Source: Elusimicrobiota bacterium
GTDB taxonomy: Bacteria > CG03 > SLGR01 > JAGXOG01
DNA: 64,000 bases
Assembly (NCBI GenBank): GCA_051745145.1
Contig: JBNJDT010000006.1
Span: forward strand, 2,545-66,544
Direction of reading: 5' to 3'
The notes beneath the pieces were generated by a model. The model ran no database searches and was not told the origin of the DNA. It saw only the letters and a list, made by a program, of their open reading frames with translations. Below, piece after piece: positions 49,196 to 58,196 of the stretch. Position 1 is the first letter of the stretch, and each line of letters opens with the position of its first letter. The position numbers and the translations under genes were made by a program.

Positions 49196-49758
49196 TGCCC
49201 CTCAATCCGCATCATGGCTTCTTTAACACTTTCAACGGATTCTACCCCTGATACTTCATCCCAGGTCATCAGCCCTATCACTCGTTTGCCGCTGGCCTTA
49301 GCTAAAGCTATTTCCGAAAGAGTTCCATACCTGCCGTCTATAGCAATCAAAATATCAGCTGTTCTTACTATTATGGCATTACGGGCATGGCTCATACCCG
49401 TAACTACAGGTAAATCAACAAAGGGATTCGCACTTTTTTTGGACCGGCCGGGTAATATCCCCACGGTAAATCCTCCGGCTTCGCTGGCTCCCTTACAAGT
49501 AGCCTGCATTACGCCGCCAAGGCCTCCACAGACCAGTATATAACCTTTTTTTGCTATCCGCCTCCCCACCTCCCGGGCAATTTTTTTAACAGTTGAATCA
49601 GCACGGGACCCTCCAATAACACCAACTACTTTTTTAGATGATTTAGCAGATTTTAAATCTTTTAGATTAAGCTGTTTTTTCATAATTAATTTTACCTCGC
49701 TGGGTATAACCGTTCTTACAAATTTATATTTCGGCAAGAAATTTTTCTGTAAGGCCAA
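49192..49758 (-). CDS. TIGR00725-family SLOG/LOG-like protein (likely true start ATG at 49683)
   Basis: CGGLGGVM, VGILPG, TGMSHARN, GRYGTLSEIA. Confidence 0.88.
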   Translation of the reverse strand: MALQKNFLPKYKFVRTVIPSEVKLIMKKQLNLKDLKSAKSSKKVVGVIGGSRADSTVKKIAREVGRRIAKKGYILVCGGLGGVMQATCKGASEAGGFTVGILPGRSKKSANPFVDLPVVTGMSHARNAIIVRTADILIAIDGRYGTLSEIALAKASGKRVIGLMTWDEVSGVESVESVKEAMMRIEGH

Positions 49759-49771
49759 TACTGTTTAAAAA

Positions 49772-49848
49772 TGGCGCGCCCGGTAGGAATTGAACCCACG
49801 GCCTTTGGCTCCGGAAGCCAACGCTCTATCCAGCTGAGCTACGGGCGC
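49772..49848 (-). tRNA. tRNA-Arg (CCG)
   Basis: GCGCCCG acceptor, TAGCTCAGCTGGATAGAGC, anticodon arm TTGGC-TTCCGGA-GCCAA, GGTTCAATTCC, encoded CCA; 77 nt. Confidence 0.95.
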
Positions 49849-49949
49849 TTTTAAAATATACCGTCATTTATATGCTTTTGATTATACAAAAACACTTTTT
49901 TAAAAGCAAAAAAACAAATTATTATTAAATTCTAATCCGAGAAAGATTT

Positions 49950-50330
49950 TTATGCAGCGGCTATTACTTCTATTTCTAATTCCGCTCCTTTAGGAAGTTG
50001 AGCTACCTGAACAAATGCCCGGGCAGGAGGTGCTTCGGGAAAGTATTCAGTATAAATTTTATTTATTTTATTAAAATTTTCTAAATTATCTACACATACT
50101 CTAACCTTAAGTACATTTTCAAAACTGCTATCCGCTTTTTCTAAAATAGCCCCAATATTTTTCATAACTTTATGGGTTTTTTCGCTTACAGTCCCTTTTA
50201 CCAGATTACCTTTTCTATCCATTGGAAGTTGGCCCGAAACATAAATTATTCCGTTATATTTCACTGCCTGCGAATAGGGGCCAATAGCCGGAGACGCTTT
50301 ATCAGTTTTAATAATCTTTTTTTTATTCAT
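49950..50330 (-). CDS. ridA: RidA/YjgF reactive-intermediate deaminase
   Basis: AIGPYSQAV, YVSGQLP, PPARA, LPKGAELEIE. Confidence 0.93.
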   Translation of the reverse strand: MNKKKIIKTDKASPAIGPYSQAVKYNGIIYVSGQLPMDRKGNLVKGTVSEKTHKVMKNIGAILEKADSSFENVLKVRVCVDNLENFNKINKIYTEYFPEAPPARAFVQVAQLPKGAELEIEVIAAA

Positions 50331-50344
50331 TTAATATACCTCTG

Positions 50345-50650
50345 TTATTTAGTTAATTGTTCTTCAACTTTTTCTTTTTCATCTTTTAATTTTTCTTTTG
50401 CTTCCTCTGTCTTTTTTTCGGCCTTTTCTTTATATTCTTCACCTTTATCCTTAACATCCTGAAACAAATTATCCAAGCCCATATCTACAGGTTTCTTATC
50501 AATGCGGGGTAATAGCAAATAGTTAGCGGATATAATAATTAAAACCACCAAAATCAGCCAGCAGATATTTTTAACAATTCCTTTTAATATTTTAAGAATT
50601 AATATTAAGAGCAGCAGCACTACCCCGATTACAATATAAATATTTAACAT
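50345..50650 (-). CDS. Small two-TM hypothetical protein with charged tail
   Basis: Hydrophobic N-terminal half, K/E-rich helix; overlaps pncB stop. Confidence 0.7.
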   Translation of the reverse strand: MLNIYIVIGVVLLLLILILKILKGIVKNICWLILVVLIIISANYLLLPRIDKKPVDMGLDNLFQDVKDKGEEYKEKAEKKTEEAKEKLKDEKEKVEEQLTK

Positions 50651-52104
50651 TTTTTCCTCTTTATTATTCTCTCTTTTACATCTTTAAGTCGGTCACTTAA
50701 ACTCACCTTATATATATGGGGATTTAAGAATCTTTTATAAGTGGGGTGCAGTTTAAATAAATTTTTTGAAGTTCTATCTCTAATCTCATTTAAGGAACTA
50801 AAATTTTTATTTATTCTACCATCTTTTACTACATTTTTAAGTAAAATGCTGTAACTTTTATACTTTTCCAATACCAAACTCTGTTTATTCAAATCAGGAT
50901 GATTAAACTTTATATCTTGGGAATCGTCAACTTTTTTGAGCAATTCTTCCTTTTCCCGTTCTAAAAATATTAGGTCGACCATATCCCCGTCTTCTTTGTA
51001 AAATCTCATAACATTTTTTATCCCGGGATTACTTGCTTTATCCGGATTATCTGAAAGCTTCATAGTAGCCTCATAATCTCCGCCGCCATCTGCTTTTGCG
51101 GCCAGTTTATACACCCCGGTTAAAGAAGGACTGTCCTGGGCAGTGACCAGTTTTGTACCCACACCGAAAAAATCTATGGGAGCTTCTTTATTCAGAAGTT
51201 CTTCAATAATATATTCATCCAGTTCATTGGAGACAACTATATTAGCCTCTTTCAGATCAGCCCGATCCAGCTTTTCTCTTGCCTTTTTACTTAAATATTC
51301 AAGATCTCCGCTATCCAATCTTATTCCAAATTTCTCTACACCCTTATTTTTTAGTTCTTTTAATACTTTTATTGCGGCCGGTATGCCACTATTTAAAGTA
51401 TCATACGTATCTACCAAGAGAATAGAATTTTTCGGATAAAGTTCGGCAAATTTTCGAAATGCCTCTTCTTCACTTTTAAAAGCCTGTACCCAGCTGTGGG
51501 CCATAGTTCCTTTCACGGGAATACCATAAACTTTACCGGCCAGTGTGTTAGAAGTAGCTGCCGCGCCTCCGATATACGCTGCCCGGGACGCAGCCATTGC
51601 TCCGTTTGTACCCTGGGCTCTTCTCAAACCGAATTCCAGTATTGCTTTCCCTCGGGCAGCTTCGGCTATCCGAGCTGACTTAGTAGCAATCAGGGTCTGG
51701 AAATTAACTATATTTAACAGCAAACTCTCTATTAGCTGGGTTTCTAGTCTATCTCCGTGAACCCGGATAAGAGGCTCACCGGGAAAAACCACTGTGCCCT
51801 CATCAACAGCGTAAATATCTCCGGTAAACTTAAAATCAGAAAGGTAATTTAAAAATTCTTCTTTAAAAAGCGCCTGCTTCCTGAGATATTCTATTTCTTC
51901 TTCGGTAAACTCAATATTTATTAACTTGTCCACTACCGGCTTCAAACCGGAAAAAATAGAATAACCGCCCTGGAAAGGTTGCTCCCTGAAAAACATATCA
52001 AATACCACTTCAATGCGGGGTCCCGAAAAATAATAACCCTGCATCATAGTCAACTCATACAGATCAGTCAACAATCCGTATTTATTGAATTTACCAGAAT
52101 TCAT
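50644..52104 (-). CDS. pncB: Nicotinate phosphoribosyltransferase
   Basis: LLTDLYELTM, EFGLRRAQG, GTMAHSW, LVDTYDT, IRLDSGD, GVYKL. Confidence 0.96.
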   Translation of the reverse strand: MNSGKFNKYGLLTDLYELTMMQGYYFSGPRIEVVFDMFFREQPFQGGYSIFSGLKPVVDKLINIEFTEEEIEYLRKQALFKEEFLNYLSDFKFTGDIYAVDEGTVVFPGEPLIRVHGDRLETQLIESLLLNIVNFQTLIATKSARIAEAARGKAILEFGLRRAQGTNGAMAASRAAYIGGAAATSNTLAGKVYGIPVKGTMAHSWVQAFKSEEEAFRKFAELYPKNSILLVDTYDTLNSGIPAAIKVLKELKNKGVEKFGIRLDSGDLEYLSKKAREKLDRADLKEANIVVSNELDEYIIEELLNKEAPIDFFGVGTKLVTAQDSPSLTGVYKLAAKADGGGDYEATMKLSDNPDKASNPGIKNVMRFYKEDGDMVDLIFLEREKEELLKKVDDSQDIKFNHPDLNKQSLVLEKYKSYSILLKNVVKDGRINKNFSSLNEIRDRTSKNLFKLHPTYKRFLNPHIYKVSLSDRLKDVKERIIKRKKC

Positions 52105-52110
52105 AGGAGT

Positions 52111-53628
52111 TTAGTTTTCAAAAAGTTTTTCAGTTCTTTCTATCTCATTTATAATAGCACTGTCAAGTTTATTATTATTTACTGCGGGCTTAAAATTTTC
52201 ATCCACGTGCTGAGGAATATTATTAACATATCTGGTATCCAGTTCATATTTTCTATCACTGTATTTTGCGCCTTCCACACCCCGGGCCTTTATTTCAAAT
52301 AAATTTACCTCTACTCCTTTTTTGACTATATCATCTATAGTATTTTTCATTTCTTGATCGGAATCAAGATTATTGTATACCCCAACCATTTTACAGCCAT
52401 AAAATTTCTCCAGCTGATTTGCCAATTTATCTAATATATATTCAGGAGCTGTAGTAAAAAAAGCACATTTTTTATTTTTAAGGCTCTCTGTTTCTCCTAC
52501 AATTTCCGGTATGAAGCGAGTATTAAAAATCCGGGAGTCTGAAACTCTCTTTTTTATTATGCCGGCTACCTGCTTTACACGATCCGGTTTGACGGTTTCC
52601 GGCTGGCAGTTAGCTATGATAAAAAGTCGCGCTTTTTCCAGTCCCGGAAAATCTTCCAATAAATCCAGGGGAACATCCGCTGGAATAAAGAAGATAATAT
52701 TATCTACAGCTACCGGGGGGTGTTCACCGCCGCTACCCTCATGTATTGTTAAATTAGCCTCACTGCTGTTTGCTTTTTCTATACCCTTATCGGCATTGGA
52801 AACTACAAACTCGTTAAAATATCCACCACCGGCCCGGCGGCACCCTATCATGGAAAGATAGGGAACCTTCTTATCCTTTTTTTCCCATTCGTCTAAATAT
52901 TTAGAAAGTATCAAAGCATCTTCAAATACGTCCGAAGCACCGTGTAGCCCAAAATCAACAAGCTTTTCCAGATACTCTTCTTTAAATCGGGAAGTAAGTA
53001 TATCATCTATTGTTATTTCAGAAAGAGGTTTCTCTTTACTTCTCTTATGAATTTCTATTAACGGGGGATCCGGCGGTCCGCCCCGAGAATGAGTTATTAC
53101 TACCGGTTTCCATGGGGTATTGCCCCCTTTAAGCCCCGCTACAAGATTACCTATATATGAACCGAAGGATGTCTTTCCAACCCTTTTATTTGTAGCATAA
53201 AGTCCCAACGAGGGATTAGAATGACGCATTTTTACCCGGTATTCATTAAAAACTGTGCCCCCGGCTATATATTTAGCTTCATAAGCGGAAGCTATCAGAG
53301 CGTATTTAACTGTTAATTTTCTAAATATCTGGGGGGCTCCGGATAGCTGAACAACTGTTTTAATATCACTGTTTTCACTTAAAATTTTCTTTATCCCTTT
53401 TTCCGGAACACAGTTATTATCGGCATCCAGTGGAAAATACACTTCCACATTAAATTCATCCTTAAATATATTCTTAAATTTATCTTTCGACTCCAATTTT
53501 TCTGTACCCCCGATCCAGACCAAAGCCGATACTTTCACATTAAACCGTTTACACAATTCCTTTATTGAAAATATAGAATTATTGGGTTTATGCGTTCCGT
53601 CTATCAAAAAAAGTGCTTTATTCTTCAT
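52111..53628 (-). CDS. cpgS: Cyclic 2,3-diphosphoglycerate synthetase-like protein
   Basis: LIDGxH, GGTEK, KRVGKT, RGGPP, GASDxxEDA, GCRRAGGG, EGSG..PP, FFTTAP...YGC, EIKA, NIP; same operon as 2PGK. Confidence 0.82.
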   Translation of the reverse strand: MKNKALFLIDGTHKPNNSIFSIKELCKRFNVKVSALVWIGGTEKLESKDKFKNIFKDEFNVEVYFPLDADNNCVPEKGIKKILSENSDIKTVVQLSGAPQIFRKLTVKYALIASAYEAKYIAGGTVFNEYRVKMRHSNPSLGLYATNKRVGKTSFGSYIGNLVAGLKGGNTPWKPVVITHSRGGPPDPPLIEIHKRSKEKPLSEITIDDILTSRFKEEYLEKLVDFGLHGASDVFEDALILSKYLDEWEKKDKKVPYLSMIGCRRAGGGYFNEFVVSNADKGIEKANSSEANLTIHEGSGGEHPPVAVDNIIFFIPADVPLDLLEDFPGLEKARLFIIANCQPETVKPDRVKQVAGIIKKRVSDSRIFNTRFIPEIVGETESLKNKKCAFFTTAPEYILDKLANQLEKFYGCKMVGVYNNLDSDQEMKNTIDDIVKKGVEVNLFEIKARGVEGAKYSDRKYELDTRYVNNIPQHVDENFKPAVNNNKLDSAIINEIERTEKLFEN

Positions 53629-55264
53629 CTATAAGAATCTCTCCTTTCAATTTATCCTTTATCTCTTTGCGTTTTTCCGGTTCCATAGCATAAAGTACGG
53701 TAGGGGCCACATCCTTAAGACAGCCCTCTTTTTTTATTTTAACATCTTTTCCTTCCTGATCTTTAATTAAAAACGGGACCGGGTTCTGAGTGTGAAATGT
53801 AGAAGGAGTGTCATCATCAGTCAACAGGTCCTCCAAGTTACCGTGATCCGCTGTAATAAAAACTACGGTATTATTTTTCTCAGCTTCTTCAGTTATCTTT
53901 TTTAAAGAATCGTCAATCTTTTCTATGGCCTTAATTGCGGCCTCTTTGTTGGCGGTATGTCCTACCATATCCGGATTAGCTATATTTACAATCATAAAAA
54001 ATTTAGGTTTACTTTTCTTTAATATTTCTACTATCTTATCAGTTAATCTGGGTAACTCTATCTTTGGAAATTTTTCATAGGGATTCATTTTAAATCCCGG
54101 CTCCCCTTTTTTCTCTTCGTATTCCGCCATATAATTTTCCATTTCCTCGGGCAGAGGAACAACTACTCGATGTTCATGCTCAAAAGGTTCTTCTCTGCTG
54201 CCCCCGGAAAGCAAAACTACTGCCTGTTTTTTGTCAACTCCGCTTACCCGGTATTGAGTATAACCGAATTTTTCAAGCATACTCCCCAAAGAATCCGCCT
54301 GCTGTAAATCTTCATAAGCCACAGGACAAGAAATATCCTTGTAGTATTCCACCAGTGCTCCGAAATCAAGAGAACTATAATCCAGATCTTTTTCTTTCAG
54401 TTTTTTAAAATCTTTATCACCGACTATTTTTTTGAGTTCTTCTTCTGATTTTAAAAAAGCTTTCATCAACATGCTGGCCCGGTCTTTGCGAAAATTCCAG
54501 TGGAAAAGAGCATCTCCTTCCGAAACCCCTTTATAATCCCCGAGTACCCTTACATTTATATACTGATCGGTGATCTTTTCTTCGTAATCTTTTTTAAATG
54601 CTCTGAATATATTATCTTCTCTTGTGCCGATACCTTCTATTATAGCCCGGTAAACTTTTATAGTTTTGTACCAGGAATCGGATGAGCGGTTCATCGAAAT
54701 ATCTCGGCCGCTGACAGTAGCTAGTTTAATCTGAGTACCATCAGATGCCATCTCCTCGGCTTTCATTTGCAGGTCTTCCGCAAAACGCACTCCGGAAAAA
54801 GGCGGGGTACCCCGTCCGTCGGAAAAAAAATGAATATATATTTTTTCGACACCTTTCTGAACTGCTCTTCTCATTATTGCATAAAGATGTCTGATATCAG
54901 AATGTTCCCGGTTTGTAGAAACCAATCCCATAAGATGCAGGGCTTTTTTACGGGCAGCAACTTTTTCTATAATATCATCAATAACTTTATTTTTAATTAC
55001 GCCGTCTTTTATATCCTTAGCTACTCTTACCATGGGATGTACATAATCCACCCCGCTCATAACTTCATGCCCGACTGCCGTTGAGCCCATAGCGTCTTCG
55101 GTCATACCTACCCGGGGACCTACAGCAACAAGCTTTTCGTAATTTAACTTATCCAGAAAAGGTGTATCGGCAAATTTTACCGGATTGTCGTCCTCATCTT
55201 TGCTTAACCCCAATCCGTCTACTATAACCAAAAGACCCTTGCCGGAATTTTTAACCGGTTTCAT
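53618..55264 (-). CDS. gpmI: 2,3-bisphosphoglycerate-independent phosphoglycerate mutase
   Basis: DGLG, MGSTAVGHE, DGRGTPP, SGR...M, NFRKDRA, ANPDMVGHT, ADHGN, HT.NPVP. Confidence 0.92.
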   Translation of the reverse strand: MKPVKNSGKGLLVIVDGLGLSKDEDDNPVKFADTPFLDKLNYEKLVAVGPRVGMTEDAMGSTAVGHEVMSGVDYVHPMVRVAKDIKDGVIKNKVIDDIIEKVAARKKALHLMGLVSTNREHSDIRHLYAIMRRAVQKGVEKIYIHFFSDGRGTPPFSGVRFAEDLQMKAEEMASDGTQIKLATVSGRDISMNRSSDSWYKTIKVYRAIIEGIGTREDNIFRAFKKDYEEKITDQYINVRVLGDYKGVSEGDALFHWNFRKDRASMLMKAFLKSEEELKKIVGDKDFKKLKEKDLDYSSLDFGALVEYYKDISCPVAYEDLQQADSLGSMLEKFGYTQYRVSGVDKKQAVVLLSGGSREEPFEHEHRVVVPLPEEMENYMAEYEEKKGEPGFKMNPYEKFPKIELPRLTDKIVEILKKSKPKFFMIVNIANPDMVGHTANKEAAIKAIEKIDDSLKKITEEAEKNNTVVFITADHGNLEDLLTDDDTPSTFHTQNPVPFLIKDQEGKDVKIKKEGCLKDVAPTVLYAMEPEKRKEIKDKLKGEILIDEE

Positions 55265-55267
55265 TAA

Positions 55268-55696
55268 TCACTCTTTGCTCTTTTTAAAATATTCTAATAT
55301 TGCTTTGTGAGAATCAGAAATACTGATTATTCCCGTCATCTTACCATTTTTCATAACTGGTACTCTGTGAATATGTTTTTCCACCATTAAATTAAAAACA
55401 GCGAGAACATCCGTATCCTCATCAACTGTAACAACTTCTTCAGTCATAATTCCTTCAACCCAGTTAAACTTCCCCCGCTTCCTCTCTATTTCTTCAATAC
55501 TTACATGGACCTTAATTAAGTCAGAAACCGCATTTATTATATCTTTAAGGGACACCATCCCTATTAAATTATTATCGTCGTCTACAACCGGAGCTCCGGT
55601 TATCTTGTTCTCCTGCAGAATATTTATCATCTTTCTTATAGTGTAATATTTTTTAACTGTTATGACTTCTGGGGTCATTATTTGTGATGCTTTCAT
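55268..55696 (-). CDS. Stand-alone tandem CBS-domain protein
   Basis: IMTPEVITV, ITGAPVVD, IMTEEVVTV, IHRVPV. Confidence 0.93.
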   Translation of the reverse strand: MKASQIMTPEVITVKKYYTIRKMINILQENKITGAPVVDDDNNLIGMVSLKDIINAVSDLIKVHVSIEEIERKRGKFNWVEGIMTEEVVTVDEDTDVLAVFNLMVEKHIHRVPVMKNGKMTGIISISDSHKAILEYFKKSKE

Positions 55697-55741
55697 TCAT
55701 TTCCTCCGTAAAATTTATTTTACAATTTAATTACTGTCTTA

Positions 55742-56644
55742 TTAATTATTTACAGATATCTTATCTATAATATTATTCACAACACTTTTTGTGGTTTTAA
55801 TTGAGTTTATATTGTTAAAATACGGGTAATCCCTCTTTTTCGCCCCCTTAATTATATAGTCTTGAATCATTCGAATAGCTTCTATATTTTTAAGATATTT
55901 TTCCGCGGCCCGGTCTTCCGTAGAACGTCCACGCATATGAAACCTGTTCTTGTGTTCTTCCTCATCTTCAATATATACAAAAGCTTTTACTATATTTGCC
56001 CCGGGGAATTCATTCTCATCAATAAGTTCGGGTAAAATATGAACGCCGTTTATTATAAGAGAAGTTTTTTCAACTATACTCCTGCGAATTATACTTTTTA
56101 TTCCAGCATTGACTCTAAGGGCCTGTTCCCTGAAAGCTATTATTTTCTGGTTTTTAGATTCCTTTACAGGAACCCAAAATTTTTCAGAAGCCAGATAAGA
56201 AGAGGTGTGTATCATCGGTAAGATATCGTTAGAAAAAAGAGCTCGCATAATTTCTCTCACTATATCTGTGGTAAACATAGATGTGATATCCAGTCTCTGA
56301 GCTAATTCAACCGATACTGTGCTTTTACCCGAACCCGTTGAACCTCCCAGAAGAATTATAAGCGGCTTCTCCAGTCCCATGATCTTTCTAAATTTTAAAT
56401 ACCTTTGAGAAGTAACTTTATCAAGCTCATTTTCCAATTCTTTGGCTACTATCTGGCGAAGTTTATCTCTGTCTATCTTAGTCCGCCCTTCCTGGTTTAA
56501 TCTATTTCTTACCCTCCGGGCTATATTGTATGCTTTATTAAACTTTATACCAATAGTTGTTAAAGAACTGGCCAAAACATGTATGGAAAATGGAAGCTTT
56601 AAATCTTCGCCAACTATTTCAATTAAATTATTTGCCTTTGCCAC
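55742..56644 (-). CDS. pgk2: 2-phosphoglycerate kinase with N-terminal ATP-cone-like domain
   Basis: LPFSxxVLASSL; LIILLGGSTGSGKST; TDIVREIMR; HTSSY; IINGVHILP; EEHKNRF; IRMIQDY. Confidence 0.88.
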   Translation of the reverse strand: MAKANNLIEIVGEDLKLPFSIHVLASSLTTIGIKFNKAYNIARRVRNRLNQEGRTKIDRDKLRQIVAKELENELDKVTSQRYLKFRKIMGLEKPLIILLGGSTGSGKSTVSVELAQRLDITSMFTTDIVREIMRALFSNDILPMIHTSSYLASEKFWVPVKESKNQKIIAFREQALRVNAGIKSIIRRSIVEKTSLIINGVHILPELIDENEFPGANIVKAFVYIEDEEEHKNRFHMRGRSTEDRAAEKYLKNIEAIRMIQDYIIKGAKKRDYPYFNNINSIKTTKSVVNNIIDKISVNN

Positions 56645-57453
56645 TATCTTATCCTTAACCCCGCATAACCTACAACTCTATTATCATCCCCGGTAACCCG
56701 GGCACTTGTATTGTAATGTATAAATTCACATTCATCGGCCCCTAATTCAATAGAAGCTTTTATGGTTACGGCAACCGGCGCTGCCCCGCACATGGATATT
56801 CTGTTATCCCTTACAACGTCCAGTAAACCCGTATAATCCAATTCTTTTATTTTATCTATAGCCAAATTATCACATTTTTGAGCTTCTTCTTTAGTAACAA
56901 AATGAGACATATCACTTGAAGCAACTATTAATACATCCCCTCCGGTAGATTCAACAGCACCGGCAATCGCTTTTCCTATATCTTCTATACAGTCAATATT
57001 GCTATTGGATATTCCCAGGCATATCGGGACAAATTCAATGTTCGGATTTTTATATAATAAAAAGGGTAACTGTACTTCTATAGAATGTTCAGACAGATGG
57101 GCTTTTGAATCAGAAGCTAAAAAACTGCTTTTTGAAGCAATATCTGAAGCTAAATTTTCTGCTATATCCACTTTTCCCGGGGGAAGTCTCCAGGATCCCT
57201 TTTTCATAATACTGGCCGGCTTTCCCTGCCCGGTATGGTTGGGCCCTATTATAACTACCCGGTCCGGAACGCGTATGCCAGAATAAGTCAACCCGGCTAC
57301 TTTTCCCGAAAATATATAACCGGCATGAGGTACGATAACGCCTTGTACTTTTTTTTCTCCCTGGCCCGGGACATCCATATATTTTTTAACCGTATTATTT
57401 AACTCATTGCTATCGCTGGGGTAAAATTTACCCGCCACCGCAGGTTCTCTCAC
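56644..57453 (-). CDS. amrB: AmmeMemoRadiSam system protein B (MEMO1 family)
   Basis: REPAVAGKFYP, PHAGYIFSG, GPNHTG, EHSIEVQLPF, ASSDMSH, SMCG, VVGYA. Confidence 0.95.
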   Translation of the reverse strand: MREPAVAGKFYPSDSNELNNTVKKYMDVPGQGEKKVQGVIVPHAGYIFSGKVAGLTYSGIRVPDRVVIIGPNHTGQGKPASIMKKGSWRLPPGKVDIAENLASDIASKSSFLASDSKAHLSEHSIEVQLPFLLYKNPNIEFVPICLGISNSNIDCIEDIGKAIAGAVESTGGDVLIVASSDMSHFVTKEEAQKCDNLAIDKIKELDYTGLLDVVRDNRISMCGAAPVAVTIKASIELGADECEFIHYNTSARVTGDDNRVVGYAGLRIR

Positions 57454-57615
57454 TTTATATACCTCCTAAAGTATAATTTTTACATATTTTTCTATTAAAT
57501 CATTATATAATAATTTTTAACGGCGATGCAAATTATCTACAAATTTCCAGTTCACTATCTAAATTTACTTTCCGTACAATTAAGCACGGCTGGTTTAAAT
57601 AAATGCCGGCTCAAT

Positions 57616-57650
57616 AAAAAAAGCGGGCCGATTTAACAGCCCGCTTTTCT
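57616..57650 (-). terminator. Rho-independent terminator after hsp20
   Basis: Minus strand AAAGCGGGC-N10-GCCCGCTTT followed by a T run. Confidence 0.85.
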
Positions 57651-57675
57651 TTCCAGAGGAATTTAAGCTACTTCT

Positions 57676-58116
57676 TTACTTTATATCAATCTTCTTTTGT
57701 TTTTTTGCCTCAATCTTTTTCTTGGGCAAAGTTACCTTGAGCACGCCTTTCTCATAAGAAGCCTCGGCTTCGGATTCATCCACGGCAGAGGGCAATCTTA
57801 TACTTCTGGCGAAACTCATATAATTCCGCTCGCTGAAGTAACAGTCTTCTTCTTCTTTTTTTTCTTCTTCTTTCCTGGAGCCCTGAATGGTGAGAATATC
57901 ATCATCAAGCGAAATATCTATATCCTCTTTATCCAGTCCGGGCATATCGGCTTCGGCCACTATATTGTTATCTTCTTCATATATATCCACAGCCGGAGGA
58001 CGGTTGCCCTCCTCCATATTTACCAGATCCGAAATATCGGTATCAAAGAAACTATCCCACAGACTACCTTGTCTTCTTAATCTTCTAAAAGGATCCCAAT
58101 TTGTTAAATCAGCCAT
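57676..58116 (-). CDS. Hsp20/alpha-crystallin small heat-shock protein
   Basis: PAVDIYE, ADMPGLDKEDI, ERNYMSFARSIRLP, ASYEKGVLKVTLPK. Confidence 0.96.
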   Translation of the reverse strand: MADLTNWDPFRRLRRQGSLWDSFFDTDISDLVNMEEGNRPPAVDIYEEDNNIVAEADMPGLDKEDIDISLDDDILTIQGSRKEEEKKEEEDCYFSERNYMSFARSIRLPSAVDESEAEASYEKGVLKVTLPKKKIEAKKQKKIDIK

Positions 58117-58162
58117 TTTAAAACACCTCCTTTATTATTTCGTTTTTTACTTTCTTTCACTA

Positions 58163-58192
58163 TTTAGATGAATTAAAACAAAAATCGTTTCA
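58163..58192 (-). promoter_or_regulatory. Putative ECF-sigma promoter TGAAACG-N15-CATCTAAA (hsp20)
   Basis: Identical boxes recur upstream of clpB and of the ECF sigma gene. Confidence 0.75.
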
Positions 58193-58196
58193 CCAT

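Noticed and set aside
49684-49758. N-terminal extension of the TIGR00725 protein from the TTG at 49758
   Set aside because: A GAGGT SD precedes the ATG at 49683 and family similarity starts after it
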